A DNA stretch of 22,325 nt from Candidatus Aenigmatarchaeota archaeon (lineage in GTDB: Archaea; Aenigmatarchaeota; Aenigmatarchaeia; Aenigmatarchaeales; JACQIB01), in assembly GCA_046760225.1 (NCBI GenBank), contig JBHIDR010000009.1:1-22325 (forward strand), given 5' to 3'. Under the pieces are notes generated by a model, which did no database searches, was not told where the DNA came from, and saw only the letters and a program-made list of their open reading frames with translations. The translations under genes were made by a program, and so were the position numbers. This document shows, in pieces, positions 8,352-17,069 of this stretch (position 1 is the first letter of the stretch; every line of letters starts with the position of its first letter).

Positions 8352-9564
8352 TGTCAATCAGCTCTGTCCTGAATCTTTTCACACCGAGCCGAGTATCAAG
8401 AATACTGTATATCTCCTTTACCATCTCGTCCTTTGTCTCTGTCTCGTACACACCTTTCTCTGGCGTAACTATGTATGCTGGATGGATATCTCCCCTAATT
8501 GAGTCAAGGTCATTTGCAACAATCAGGTTAAGGTGCGCTTTCCTCATCTTCTCATACGCTATGTCTACTATCTCCTCCCTTGTCTTCTTGGTCTCGAGCT
8601 TGAACCCGACTGCAAAAACACTTCTGTAAGCTTTCTTTACTTCGTCTATTATCTTCGGTGTTTTCTTGAACCTTACCTGCAGATTATCAACAGTGGACCT
8701 TATTTTTTTGTCTGTGTATTCTGCTGGCTCATAGTCCAGGACAGCTGCTGTGAATATTGCAGCATCAGCTTCCTTCATCTCTATCATGCATACATCAAGC
8801 ATCTGCTGCGGTGTTTCAACATCCACTCTCCTTATGTAATGCGGCACCTTTTCTTTTCCTGGACCGTATATCAAGGTGACATCTGCTCCTTTCAGATAAC
8901 CTTCTTTTGCGATCTTTACTCCTAGCTTTCCACCTGACCTGTTTGATATGTACCTGACATTATCTATTGGGCCTCTTGTTGGGCCTGCTGTAATCACTAC
9001 CTTCTTTCCTTTGAGTCTTGAGTCAGAGAGTTCACGCGTAACATAGCTTGTTATGTATTCTGTGTCTGCTATCTTTGCCTTGCCCTCGTCCATCCTGGGC
9101 TCTATGAACCTCACGCCATATTCTTCTAGCTTTTTTACGTTCTCATTGTAAGCAGGATTGTTGTACATGGTCTCATGCATTGTTGGCGCCATTACTATCT
9201 TGGTCTTTCTTCCAAGAGAGGATGACAGGAGTGATGATACTGCATCATCTGCTATTCCATTGGCTGCCTTCCCTATTGTGTTCAATGTTGCTGGTGCAAC
9301 AAGGATCAGGTCCTTTTTTCTTGTGTGTTCAGCATAGCCACTAAGGTGTGTGATTACATCTCTTTCAGTTGCCCATTCAAGTGCCTTGTAACCAACAAAT
9401 TCCAAAGAAGCTTCTGTCATATAAGCTTCGACATCAGCACCGTATCTCCTCAATGCCCTTGCTGTGATAGGTGACTTTATTGATGCTATGCCACCTGTTA
9501 CGCAGAGTGCAACCTCTTTTCCATCAAGGTAATCCCCGATTTTTTCAACCTTTGTGTCTTTCAT
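8335..9564 (-). CDS. coaBC: Bifunctional phosphopantothenoylcysteine decarboxylase / phosphopantothenate-cysteine ligase
   Basis: VTGGIA, VAPATLNTIGKAANGIADD, APTMHETMY, ITAGPT..PID.VRYISNRSGGKLG, AAVLDY, VGFKLET, IVAND; SD GAGGAG upstream. Confidence 0.95.
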   Translation of the reverse strand: MKDTKVEKIGDYLDGKEVALCVTGGIASIKSPITARALRRYGADVEAYMTEASLEFVGYKALEWATERDVITHLSGYAEHTRKKDLILVAPATLNTIGKAANGIADDAVSSLLSSSLGRKTKIVMAPTMHETMYNNPAYNENVKKLEEYGVRFIEPRMDEGKAKIADTEYITSYVTRELSDSRLKGKKVVITAGPTRGPIDNVRYISNRSGGKLGVKIAKEGYLKGADVTLIYGPGKEKVPHYIRRVDVETPQQMLDVCMIEMKEADAAIFTAAVLDYEPAEYTDKKIRSTVDNLQVRFKKTPKIIDEVKKAYRSVFAVGFKLETKKTREEIVDIAYEKMRKAHLNLIVANDLDSIRGDIHPAYIVTPEKGVYETETKDEMVKEIYSILDTRLGVKRFRTELIDNGYTE

Positions 9565-9568
9565 ATCG

Positions 9569-11281
9569 TCATCTCCTCAATAATTTTTTTGTCCTTTCCT
9601 GCAGGACAGGACTATTCCTAAAAACCTTTATGCCGTAAGGTGGGAAAGGATTGCCTATACAAAAAACTGAATCATGAGGATATGCTAAAATAACAGGAAC
9701 CAGCAGCAGGTCCTCCTCTCCTTCAACCTTAAGCTTGAACCTGTGTTTTTTGCAGCGCTTTTGAAAATCCCTTATGCTGAATATTTTGTCATATGCATCC
9801 CTGCTTACTATGGACTTCTTGCTCTGTGCTTCAGCACCCATTACATTATATTCATCCAGAAACTTTGCAATCTCATCTGCATTCTCCCTTCTTGTCTTTC
9901 CATCATATATGAAAAGGTCTGGCTTTGCACCAGCTCTCAACAGGTAATATGCAGAAACATCACCTACTATGACATCAGGACTGTATCTTTTCAGCACAGC
10001 TTCTGCTGTTTCTTCATATCCATCCTTGCTTATGATTTCATCATACGTTTCCCTGAAGAAAGGAATGTCCTCCTCCCTCAGCCTATATACTTCCTTTTCT
10101 CTAAGCATTCTTCCATCGCAATCTATTTCACCTTTCCTTATCCTGGTTGATGATATCCTTCTTGAATCGTCTGCGAGCACATCTTCAACTAGAATCTTTT
10201 CTATTTCAGGGAAGCCCAATTCCTTTCTTTTTCTGTTTATTTTTTCAAGGTTCTTTTGCGTTTCTTTTGTAACAACCATTGCTTGCATGTCCTTTCTCTC
10301 CAGTGTCTCACCATATATGTCGAAAATCATGTTTATCTCATAGTTATCAAGACCGTGTTCATTGGTGAGACAGTCCATCAACTGGAAACATCGTATCCTG
10401 TAAGGCGGGGGCCTGGGGCTCTTGTGCTTTATCATCTCGTCATCTGTCATTCCCAGAAAAACATATTCTCCATTCTCGAACGCCTCTTTCAAAAGTTCCT
10501 TATGGCCCCTATGAAGAGGTCCGAATGTGCCGCCCATTGCAACTGTGTCATATCTTTTCATTTCAAGCTCAAGGCCGTGCCTTGCTGTGTAAAGCGGCAC
10601 TCCTGCATCAATCTGCCTCTTGAACTCAGCAGGCCTAAGCTCTGCAAAGTGCGTGAGCACAGTCTTCTTTGGACATGCATACTCCAACAAGTATGAAACA
10701 TCAGATGGCGTCATGTGGCCATTCTTTTTATATCTTGATCCTTCACTCAATGTAGCATCAACAACAAGTATGTCTGCATCTGCTGAGAATTCCTTAAGTT
10801 CTCTGAAAAGACCGGTGTCTCCTGTATAGACAAGCTCTCTTTTTCCTGTTGAGAACCTGTATGCATAGTTCTTTACCATGTGCTTTGTCTCAAGGTAGTC
10901 AACTTCTATGTTTCCAACCTTCCTTGGTATTTCCTCTATGAACCCTATCTCAAAACCAAGGTCCTCGAAATTATTAGGAGCAACATGGTTTGAAATCTTT
11001 CCAACAGGTGTCTCAGGAGTGTATATCGGAAGGTACCTCTCTCTTCCAGCATCATACATTGCAGCCAGGAGAGGATAGAGTGCCATCATATGGTCCTGAT
11101 GGATATGTGAAAGGAACACAGCATCTATGTCATAATCTGGCCTGAGGTCCCTTATTATGTTCTGAGCACCTGCATCAATAAGGACCTTATCTCCATTAGC
11201 GTATAGGGTGAAGCAGCTATAATCGTCATCATAGGGCACAAACCCTGAGCTTCCATGAAAATATGTTTTAATTTCAGACAT
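9569..11281 (-). CDS. Triple fusion: RNase Z-like metallo-beta-lactamase hydrolase + phosphopantetheine adenylyltransferase (archaeal CoaD) + DUF359 GTP-dependent dephospho-CoA kinase
   Basis: aa 1-240: LIDAG, SHIHQDH, TKH, YTGDT, GHMT, LTHF. aa 241-391: GGTFGPLHRGH, VVTKET, RISSTRIRKGEID. aa 392-570: VGDVS, YDGKTRR, VEGEEDLL. Confidence 0.85.
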   Translation of the reverse strand: MSEIKTYFHGSSGFVPYDDDYSCFTLYANGDKVLIDAGAQNIIRDLRPDYDIDAVFLSHIHQDHMMALYPLLAAMYDAGRERYLPIYTPETPVGKISNHVAPNNFEDLGFEIGFIEEIPRKVGNIEVDYLETKHMVKNYAYRFSTGKRELVYTGDTGLFRELKEFSADADILVVDATLSEGSRYKKNGHMTPSDVSYLLEYACPKKTVLTHFAELRPAEFKRQIDAGVPLYTARHGLELEMKRYDTVAMGGTFGPLHRGHKELLKEAFENGEYVFLGMTDDEMIKHKSPRPPPYRIRCFQLMDCLTNEHGLDNYEINMIFDIYGETLERKDMQAMVVTKETQKNLEKINRKRKELGFPEIEKILVEDVLADDSRRISSTRIRKGEIDCDGRMLREKEVYRLREEDIPFFRETYDEIISKDGYEETAEAVLKRYSPDVIVGDVSAYYLLRAGAKPDLFIYDGKTRRENADEIAKFLDEYNVMGAEAQSKKSIVSRDAYDKIFSIRDFQKRCKKHRFKLKVEGEEDLLLVPVILAYPHDSVFCIGNPFPPYGIKVFRNSPVLQERTKKLLRR

Positions 11282-12080
11282 GTGCTTTCACCTCATTGAA
11301 CAGGTGTGAGTAGTCCTCGTACTCCTCTTCGCAAGGTCTGCCAGGACAGTAAAGGTAAGTAGACTTCTCAAATTCCTTGTTAATTGCAACTATGCTGGAT
11401 GACCTTGTATAGAACTCATCGCTGTGATGGTTGCATAGCGTGAATTCCTTTGGCACAACATCGTCATAGTGATCCCTTGCAAGCTCTTTCAGCTTCTCTA
11501 TTGCATCGTCAATCCTCCTTGGCTTGAAGTCTTTCAGAAGCATCTCTGCTCTGTCTTTCCTGAGCATGGAATCAACCCTGTCATGCTTCTGGATGAATGT
11601 TTCAGGACATGTGGTAAGATAATCATTCACGAAAATATGTATTCCTTCATCAATTTTCCTTGTGCCCACCTTAGAATCATAATAAGTCATGTAGGCATTG
11701 TCTTTGTCTGCAACAACAAAGTTCACCTTGTGATAACCGCCTTCTTCCAGTTCTTCTTCAAAAAAATCCTTTGCATCTTCTGCATTGCCATATGTTCTTG
11801 CTACTTCCAAGCACAGTCTTCCTATTGATTTTGTCAGCTTATCAGCAGGCTTGCTGGAACATCTCTCAGTAAGAGCAACAAACATGCCTTTTCTGTTGAA
11901 AGCCAGCCATGTACCTTTGGTCCCGCTGTCCAGTGCGGCATAGGTTTTGAAGGAATGGAAAGGATCTTCATCAAAATAAACAGGTGGCTGCTCTTCCTTG
12001 TATGCGTACTCATCCCTGTTCTCCATTGCTATGACTAGGAATTCGTCCATTACCTTGTAAAGCATTATGAGTGTGCACAC
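11274..12080 (-). CDS. NRDE/TANGO2-family Ntn-hydrolase-fold protein
   Basis: GTG-TGC start gives M-C-T-L-I with SD GGTGA at 12090-12086. Literal NRDE motif, GTWLAFNRKG, N(F)VVAD, LCNH, YTRSSSIV, GRPCE. Confidence 0.88.
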   Translation of the reverse strand: MCTLIMLYKVMDEFLVIAMENRDEYAYKEEQPPVYFDEDPFHSFKTYAALDSGTKGTWLAFNRKGMFVALTERCSSKPADKLTKSIGRLCLEVARTYGNAEDAKDFFEEELEEGGYHKVNFVVADKDNAYMTYYDSKVGTRKIDEGIHIFVNDYLTTCPETFIQKHDRVDSMLRKDRAEMLLKDFKPRRIDDAIEKLKELARDHYDDVVPKEFTLCNHHSDEFYTRSSSIVAINKEFEKSTYLYCPGRPCEEEYEDYSHLFNEVKAHV

Positions 12081-12092
12081 CTTTCTCACCAA

Positions 12093-12157
12093 TAGAAATA
12101 TGGGTTTAGGGTTCTTTATAGATAATCTTTAAATATTTAAAGAACTATAAAGTTATT
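12093..12157. promoter_or_regulatory. Divergent promoter region containing an extended palindrome
   Basis: Perfect 18-bp palindrome TCTTTAAATATTTAAAGA (12126-12143) flanked by inverted CTTTATAG (12114-12121) and CTATAAAG (12145-12152); TATA-like boxes on both strands. Confidence 0.6.
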
Positions 12158-13093
12158 ATGGAAGTACAAAAAAGAAAGCTGCAGGAGATAGCAGGCTCAT
12201 TACTCATAACAATACCCAAGTCATGGACAAGACAGTATAATTTGGAAAAGGGAAATAGTGTGGATGTCCTTCTTCTTGATGATGGCACCCTGAAGATAAT
12301 GCCTTCGTTCAAAGAAGAGCACAAGGAAATCAAGAGAGCTGTAATAAGGCATGACAGATATGTTTTGAGGAAGTTTTTCAGAGAATATCTGCTTGGTACG
12401 CATGTCATTGAGATAATACTTACAAAGCCATTGAGCAAGGCTGAAAGGGAGAAGATAACCAAGTTCCTGAAGCGGTTGATAAATGTCGAAATAATCGAAG
12501 AGGGCTCCAAGAGGATAGTTATTGAAAACCTGGGCACGCAGAAGATGCCGATAAGGCAGGCATTCAGCAGGATGGTCTTCCTTACAAGCTCCATGTTCGA
12601 GGACATACTGAACTATATGGACGAGCCTGATGTGCTAAAGACGATGAACGAAAGGGATGAGGTGGTTGACAAGTTCTATTTCATGGTTGTGGCGAACACA
12701 AGGACATTCATATCCAAGGGATATTTCATATTGCCGGAACGCGAACTCACGCTCCTGGAGTGCCTTGACTACAGGCTTGCTTCTGAAAAAGTAGAGAGGG
12801 TTGGTGATATACTGAAAAAAATGGTACCATTGCTAAAGAAAGTTAAAAACAAGGAAGTAATGAAGTTCGGGGAACTGGTCTTTGAAAAATACAAGAAAGC
12901 TGTCAAGAGCTTCCTGAAAAAAGACCTTGATACTGCTGTCAGCCTAATAGATGATGCAAAGGAAATAAATGCCAAAGCAAAGAGGCTGAAAAAGAAGTTT
13001 GAAAGGAAAAAGGATGTTGGTGCAATAGAGATTGTTGATTACTTCTTGCAAATATTTGAGCACGGCAAGGATGTTGGAGACCTGGTGAGATAA
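12158..13093 (+). CDS. Archaeal phosphate-uptake regulator (AbrB/SpoVT DNA-binding domain + PhoU domains)
   Basis: RKLQEIAGSLLITIPKSW AbrB domain; YLLG; ERDEVVDKFY; ERVGD PhoU repeats. Confidence 0.85.
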   Translation: MEVQKRKLQEIAGSLLITIPKSWTRQYNLEKGNSVDVLLLDDGTLKIMPSFKEEHKEIKRAVIRHDRYVLRKFFREYLLGTHVIEIILTKPLSKAEREKITKFLKRLINVEIIEEGSKRIVIENLGTQKMPIRQAFSRMVFLTSSMFEDILNYMDEPDVLKTMNERDEVVDKFYFMVVANTRTFISKGYFILPERELTLLECLDYRLASEKVERVGDILKKMVPLLKKVKNKEVMKFGELVFEKYKKAVKSFLKKDLDTAVSLIDDAKEINAKAKRLKKKFERKKDVGAIEIVDYFLQIFEHGKDVGDLVR

Positions 13094-13734
13094 TGGATTG
13101 GCTAGTTGAGCAGGAAGATCTTTTCATGCAGATGAAGGCCTTAGGTACGCTCAGGTCAAAGGAAATAGAAAAGGCTATGGCAGATGTGCCAAGGCACCTC
13201 TTTGTCCCAAAGTCGCTTGAAAGGTATGCTTACAAGGACACCCCGCTGTCAATCGGTCATGACCAGACAATATCGCAGCCCAGTACTGTTGCCCTGATGA
13301 CATGGATGCTTGATGTGGAGCCAAGAAACAAGGTCCTTGAGATAGGGAGCGGCAGTGGATGGCAGGCAGCAATAATATCAAAGCTCGGAGCAAAGGTGTG
13401 GACCATAGAAAGGCTAAAGGAACTGGCAGATTTTGCAAGAAAGAACCTGAAGAAGAACAAAATAAAGAACGTGGAAGTTATTCACGGAGACGGATCGCAG
13501 GGACTGAAGAAGAATGCACCTTATGACAGGATAATTGTGACATGCGCCTGCCCCGAAATGATAGAACCGCTTGTGGAGCAATTAAAAGAAGGTGGTAAGA
13601 TGGTAATTCCTGTTGGAGACAGGTACATGCAGCACATGCTTGTTGTGACTAAAAAGAAAGGCAAGATAAAGAAGAAGGACATGGGCAGATTTATGTTCGT
13701 TCCGCTAATAGGTAAATACGGATTCAAGAGGTGA
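13093..13734 (+). CDS. pcm: Protein-L-isoaspartate O-methyltransferase
   Basis: VPRHLFVP, AYKDTPL, QTISQP, VLEIGSGSGW, GDGSQG, APYDRIIVT, QLKEGGKMVIPVG, FVPLIG. Confidence 0.96.
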   Translation: MDWLVEQEDLFMQMKALGTLRSKEIEKAMADVPRHLFVPKSLERYAYKDTPLSIGHDQTISQPSTVALMTWMLDVEPRNKVLEIGSGSGWQAAIISKLGAKVWTIERLKELADFARKNLKKNKIKNVEVIHGDGSQGLKKNAPYDRIIVTCACPEMIEPLVEQLKEGGKMVIPVGDRYMQHMLVVTKKKGKIKKKDMGRFMFVPLIGKYGFKR

Positions 13735-13738
13735 TTTT

Positions 13739-13993
13739 GTGGACCAGATTGCAATCAATGTAGTCAAAAGGGACAAGACATGGGAATCCTTTAGCATGCA
13801 GAAGCTTGTGAACTCATGCATAAGGGCAGGTGTTCCAGAGAGCGTGGCAAAGAAGGTTGCTGAAGAAGTGAGCAAGAAGCTCTATCCTGACATACCTACT
13901 TACATCATAAGGAAATTGATTTACAAGGAGCTGAAGAGGAGGGACCCTGAATCTGCTGAGAAGTATATCAGGTTCAAGAAATTGAGGGGCTAG
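13739..13993 (+). CDS. Stand-alone ATP-cone domain protein
   Basis: VVKRD..ESF...KL..S...AG...IPTYIIRKLIYKEL; SD GAGGTGA before the GTG start. Confidence 0.85.
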   Translation: MDQIAINVVKRDKTWESFSMQKLVNSCIRAGVPESVAKKVAEEVSKKLYPDIPTYIIRKLIYKELKRRDPESAEKYIRFKKLRG

Positions 13994-15078
13994 GGCTTTT
14001 GCATCAGGATAATGCTCTCCCTCATCTTTCCTACCTTTATTGTCTTCTGTCTTGTGCACCAGCTCTGGCGCGCAACAAGAACCTCTGGCACAGAGAAGCC
14101 TTTTTCTTGTGCAAGCTCAGCTACCAACCTGTCTGCTTCAACAACCCTGTCAGGGAAACAGCCACCACCAACAACCATGGCAATTCTTGCACCAGGTCTG
14201 CAAGTACGGAAGAGCTCATCAAGGACCTTTGACATGTCCTTGAAATATGCTTTTTCAGTGTCCTCGCCCTCTCCAACATAAGCGCGGAGCTTTGTCTCAG
14301 GCAGGTTGAAGAAAAGCGAAAATTCTGTCTTGTATATCCTTGTGTACTCAATCTTGTTCATGTAAGGTGGGGATGTTATTACAAAATCAATACTGTTGTC
14401 TGACAGCTCAATGTTCCTGGCATCACCTATTTCAACTTCTACTGGAACTTCTGGCAAAGGTTTTTTCCTCAGGTCCTTTAGCATTCTTCTAATCTTGTAC
14501 TTGAACATCTTTGCAACAGGTGCGACCGGCCTTCTTTTTATTCTCACAAGTGCTCCGTCCTTGTATGCAAAAGAACACTTCATTGCAGAATCAATAAGAC
14601 CGAGCAAGAGGAAGTCCCTTGCCTTCTCCTCCTCTATCTCGAATATTTTTTTCCTGTAAAACATTATATCTTCCAGTGCCCATATGGAAAAAACTTTTCT
14701 GAGCCATTTCTCCTGCGGAAGCCTCTTAGGTTTAGTAAACTTCCACTTGAGCGCTTCTTTCACTACTTTTTCGAGTTCTTCTATGCTATAATCCCTTGTC
14801 TTTACCCTTGATACAAACACTGTGAGCGGTGAGATATCCATGCCTATTGACATTATTCCTCTTTGTTTGCAGGCAAGAAGGGTTGTGCCAACACCGCAGA
14901 AGGGGTCAAATACAATGGAATCCTTTGGGACTTTGAACTCAGAAAGAAAAAAATCAACCAGGCCCTTTGAGAAGCCTTCCTTGTAGTAGTACCAGTTGTG
15001 TATGGGCTCCTGTTTGTTCGGAACAAAAGTAACAAGGAACTTGAAGTCAGGGGCATCTTTGAATTTCACTTCAACCAC
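13990..15078 (-). CDS. Orphan amino-group (probably N4-cytosine) DNA methyltransferase
   Basis: HNWYYYKEGFS, motif I DPFCGVGTT preceding motif IV ITSPPY. Confidence 0.8.
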   Translation of the reverse strand: MVEVKFKDAPDFKFLVTFVPNKQEPIHNWYYYKEGFSKGLVDFFLSEFKVPKDSIVFDPFCGVGTTLLACKQRGIMSIGMDISPLTVFVSRVKTRDYSIEELEKVVKEALKWKFTKPKRLPQEKWLRKVFSIWALEDIMFYRKKIFEIEEEKARDFLLLGLIDSAMKCSFAYKDGALVRIKRRPVAPVAKMFKYKIRRMLKDLRKKPLPEVPVEVEIGDARNIELSDNSIDFVITSPPYMNKIEYTRIYKTEFSLFFNLPETKLRAYVGEGEDTEKAYFKDMSKVLDELFRTCRPGARIAMVVGGGCFPDRVVEADRLVAELAQEKGFSVPEVLVARQSWCTRQKTIKVGKMRESIILMQKP

Positions 15079-16094
15079 TTGCCAAGAGAGCCCTTGCCAG
15101 GTTTCTTTTCCTTTAGTTTTTCAACAGCCTTGTCTATCCTTGTTTCCGAGAACTCGAACTCGTCAACAAGGAACTTCTTTATTTTTTCCGGATGCATGGT
15201 CAGTGTCTTGATGTTTACTTTTTTCGACGGTGGGTCCAGGAAATAATCCAAAACTTCTTTTGGTTCAGGTCCATACCATGGATTCTTTTGTACTGCCTTT
15301 TCGATTATCTTGTCCAGTTTCTTCTCTTCCCTAACAATCTTAAGTGCTGTTTTTGGCCCTATGCCACGTATGCCTGGATTATAGTCTGTCCCGACGAGCA
15401 TGCCGAGTACTATCAGCTGCTCCCTGCTCAGCTTTAGCTCCTTCAGCACTAACTTCAGTTCAAGAATCTCAGGGAAAACATCAACATACGCGCCTGTTTT
15501 TGGGATCCTTCTCTTTCCTGATATGGAAAGGTTCCTGACCAGTCTGGGTGAGCCGAAGAGCAGGGAATCCCAGTCCTGGCTCGCTGTTGCATAAACCAGT
15601 TTTTCGCTGCACATTGCAGCGCACTGGGCCTCGCCCTCTCCTGGTGCCTGCACAGCCTGCACCCCCATATGCTCCAAAAGTTTCTTGGACTGCTCAATCA
15701 TTTCACCAGTAAGACGTGCTGTCATCTTTGCAGCCTTCACTGCCTCTTCCTTTTTCCCTTTTGCCAGTGCCTCTTTCCATGCCTTTTCTGCCTTTGTTTT
15801 AACAGCTGCTCTTTTGGTTATTGTTTCTGCCTTGAACTCAGGCCTTGGACCGTCAAAAACATAGACAGGCCTTATACCTGCCTCAATGAGCTTGGCTGTC
15901 CTGTAGAAGAGGCCAGAAAGATGGGACGTCACCCTTCCCTTTGAATCCATGAGGGGCTGGCCTGTTTCCCTGTCGCGTATTATTGAAAGGAACTGGTAAA
16001 GTATATTGAATGCGTCTATTGCGATTACCTTACCCGACAGTTGTTTGATTTCAATGTCCTTTCCCTTTATCAAAGAGCCTAGCTGAACTCCCAT
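15066..16094 (-). CDS. fen: Flap endonuclease 1
   Basis: MGV, AIDAFN.LYQFLS.IR, GRVTSHLSGLFYRT, YVFDG, EGEAQ, SQDWDSLLFG, GTDYNPG..GIGPK; C-terminal PIP-like SLGKW. Confidence 0.97.
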   Translation of the reverse strand: MGVQLGSLIKGKDIEIKQLSGKVIAIDAFNILYQFLSIIRDRETGQPLMDSKGRVTSHLSGLFYRTAKLIEAGIRPVYVFDGPRPEFKAETITKRAAVKTKAEKAWKEALAKGKKEEAVKAAKMTARLTGEMIEQSKKLLEHMGVQAVQAPGEGEAQCAAMCSEKLVYATASQDWDSLLFGSPRLVRNLSISGKRRIPKTGAYVDVFPEILELKLVLKELKLSREQLIVLGMLVGTDYNPGIRGIGPKTALKIVREEKKLDKIIEKAVQKNPWYGPEPKEVLDYFLDPPSKKVNIKTLTMHPEKIKKFLVDEFEFSETRIDKAVEKLKEKKPGKGSLGKWLK

Positions 16095-16166
16095 AGAAAG
16101 ACTAGTTTATTTGTTTATTATATTCTTTACTATACAAATTATTAAAAATCTCAAAAGTGCATAAGA

Positions 16167-17069
16167 ATGATGAAAAAGGTTAAATATATACATTTGGACG
16201 ATTTGGACGGGCTCTCTGTTCTTTTTAATAACAATTTTAGGTTTGAGTTATTTTCAAAAATTGCTATACAATTTAAAAATCAAAAGGATATAGCTAAGGT
16301 TTTTGGAGTTAGACAATGGACAATAAGCAGATGGAAAACTGGAAAGTCCTTCGTACCGATAAGTAAATTAAATTTGATTAGAGAGCATTCCCAAACGAAT
16401 TCTTTAGAAAAAGGGGTTAACAAAATAGGGGGAGGAAAGGGATCAGAGCCATTGAATATTAGACTCCCATTAGAGTTTAGTGAAAATCTATCATATTTAT
16501 GTGGTCTTATAATAACAGATGGTCACTTAAATAAAAATTTGAGATGGGTACAATTCACTAATAAGAGCAAATACCTACAAAAAATCTTTTTAAAGAAAAT
16601 CAAGGACGTTTTCAAATATAACAAATATTATCAGAATGAGAAAGATAGAATTCAAATTTATATCAAGAGCAAGAACATTACTATAATTTTTCATTGTATA
16701 GACATACCTAAAGGGAGAAAAGTTGGTATAATTACAGTACCGGATATTGTTAAAAAATCTCCTTCATCTGTGAAAGCAGCTTTTCTTAGAGGCTGTTTCG
16801 ATGGCGATGGGTCAGTATCTTATTCTAAGAAGCGGGGATTAAGAATAATAAATCTTGCGAACAGAAGCAAGAAATTTCTAGAAGAAATCCAAGTTCTTTT
16901 GAAGGAATTTGGAATAGAAAGCTCTCTTACGACAAATAAGTTTATGCAAAGCTATCTTAACATAACTAATAAATCGAACTTGAATAAATTCCATAATTCC
17001 GTAGGATTTCATCACCCAGAAAGAAAAGAAAAACTTTCAACTTTATTGCTTTCTTATCAAAGACCGTAG
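16167..17069 (+). CDS. Free-standing HTH + double-motif LAGLIDADG homing endonuclease
   Basis: QKDIAKVFGVRQWTISRWKTG (Cro-type HTH), YLCGLIITDG and FLRGCFDGDGS motifs. AT-rich (17/60 G+C counted in line 16201); opposite strand to both neighbours. Confidence 0.85.
   Translation: MMKKVKYIHLDDLDGLSVLFNNNFRFELFSKIAIQFKNQKDIAKVFGVRQWTISRWKTGKSFVPISKLNLIREHSQTNSLEKGVNKIGGGKGSEPLNIRLPLEFSENLSYLCGLIITDGHLNKNLRWVQFTNKSKYLQKIFLKKIKDVFKYNKYYQNEKDRIQIYIKSKNITIIFHCIDIPKGRKVGIITVPDIVKKSPSSVKAAFLRGCFDGDGSVSYSKKRGLRIINLANRSKKFLEEIQVLLKEFGIESSLTTNKFMQSYLNITNKSNLNKFHNSVGFHHPERKEKLSTLLLSYQRP

Noticed and set aside
9061..9110. CoaC domain lacks the bacterial substrate-clamp Cys (PRMDEGKAK)
   Set aside because: To my knowledge this PRxEEGKAK-type loop is common in archaeal CoaBC proteins, so it does not indicate inactivation.
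16167..17069. Intein or intron-encoded endonuclease
   Set aside because: No N-terminal Cys/Ser block or C-terminal His-Asn; the gene is antisense to intact flanking genes and interrupts none.
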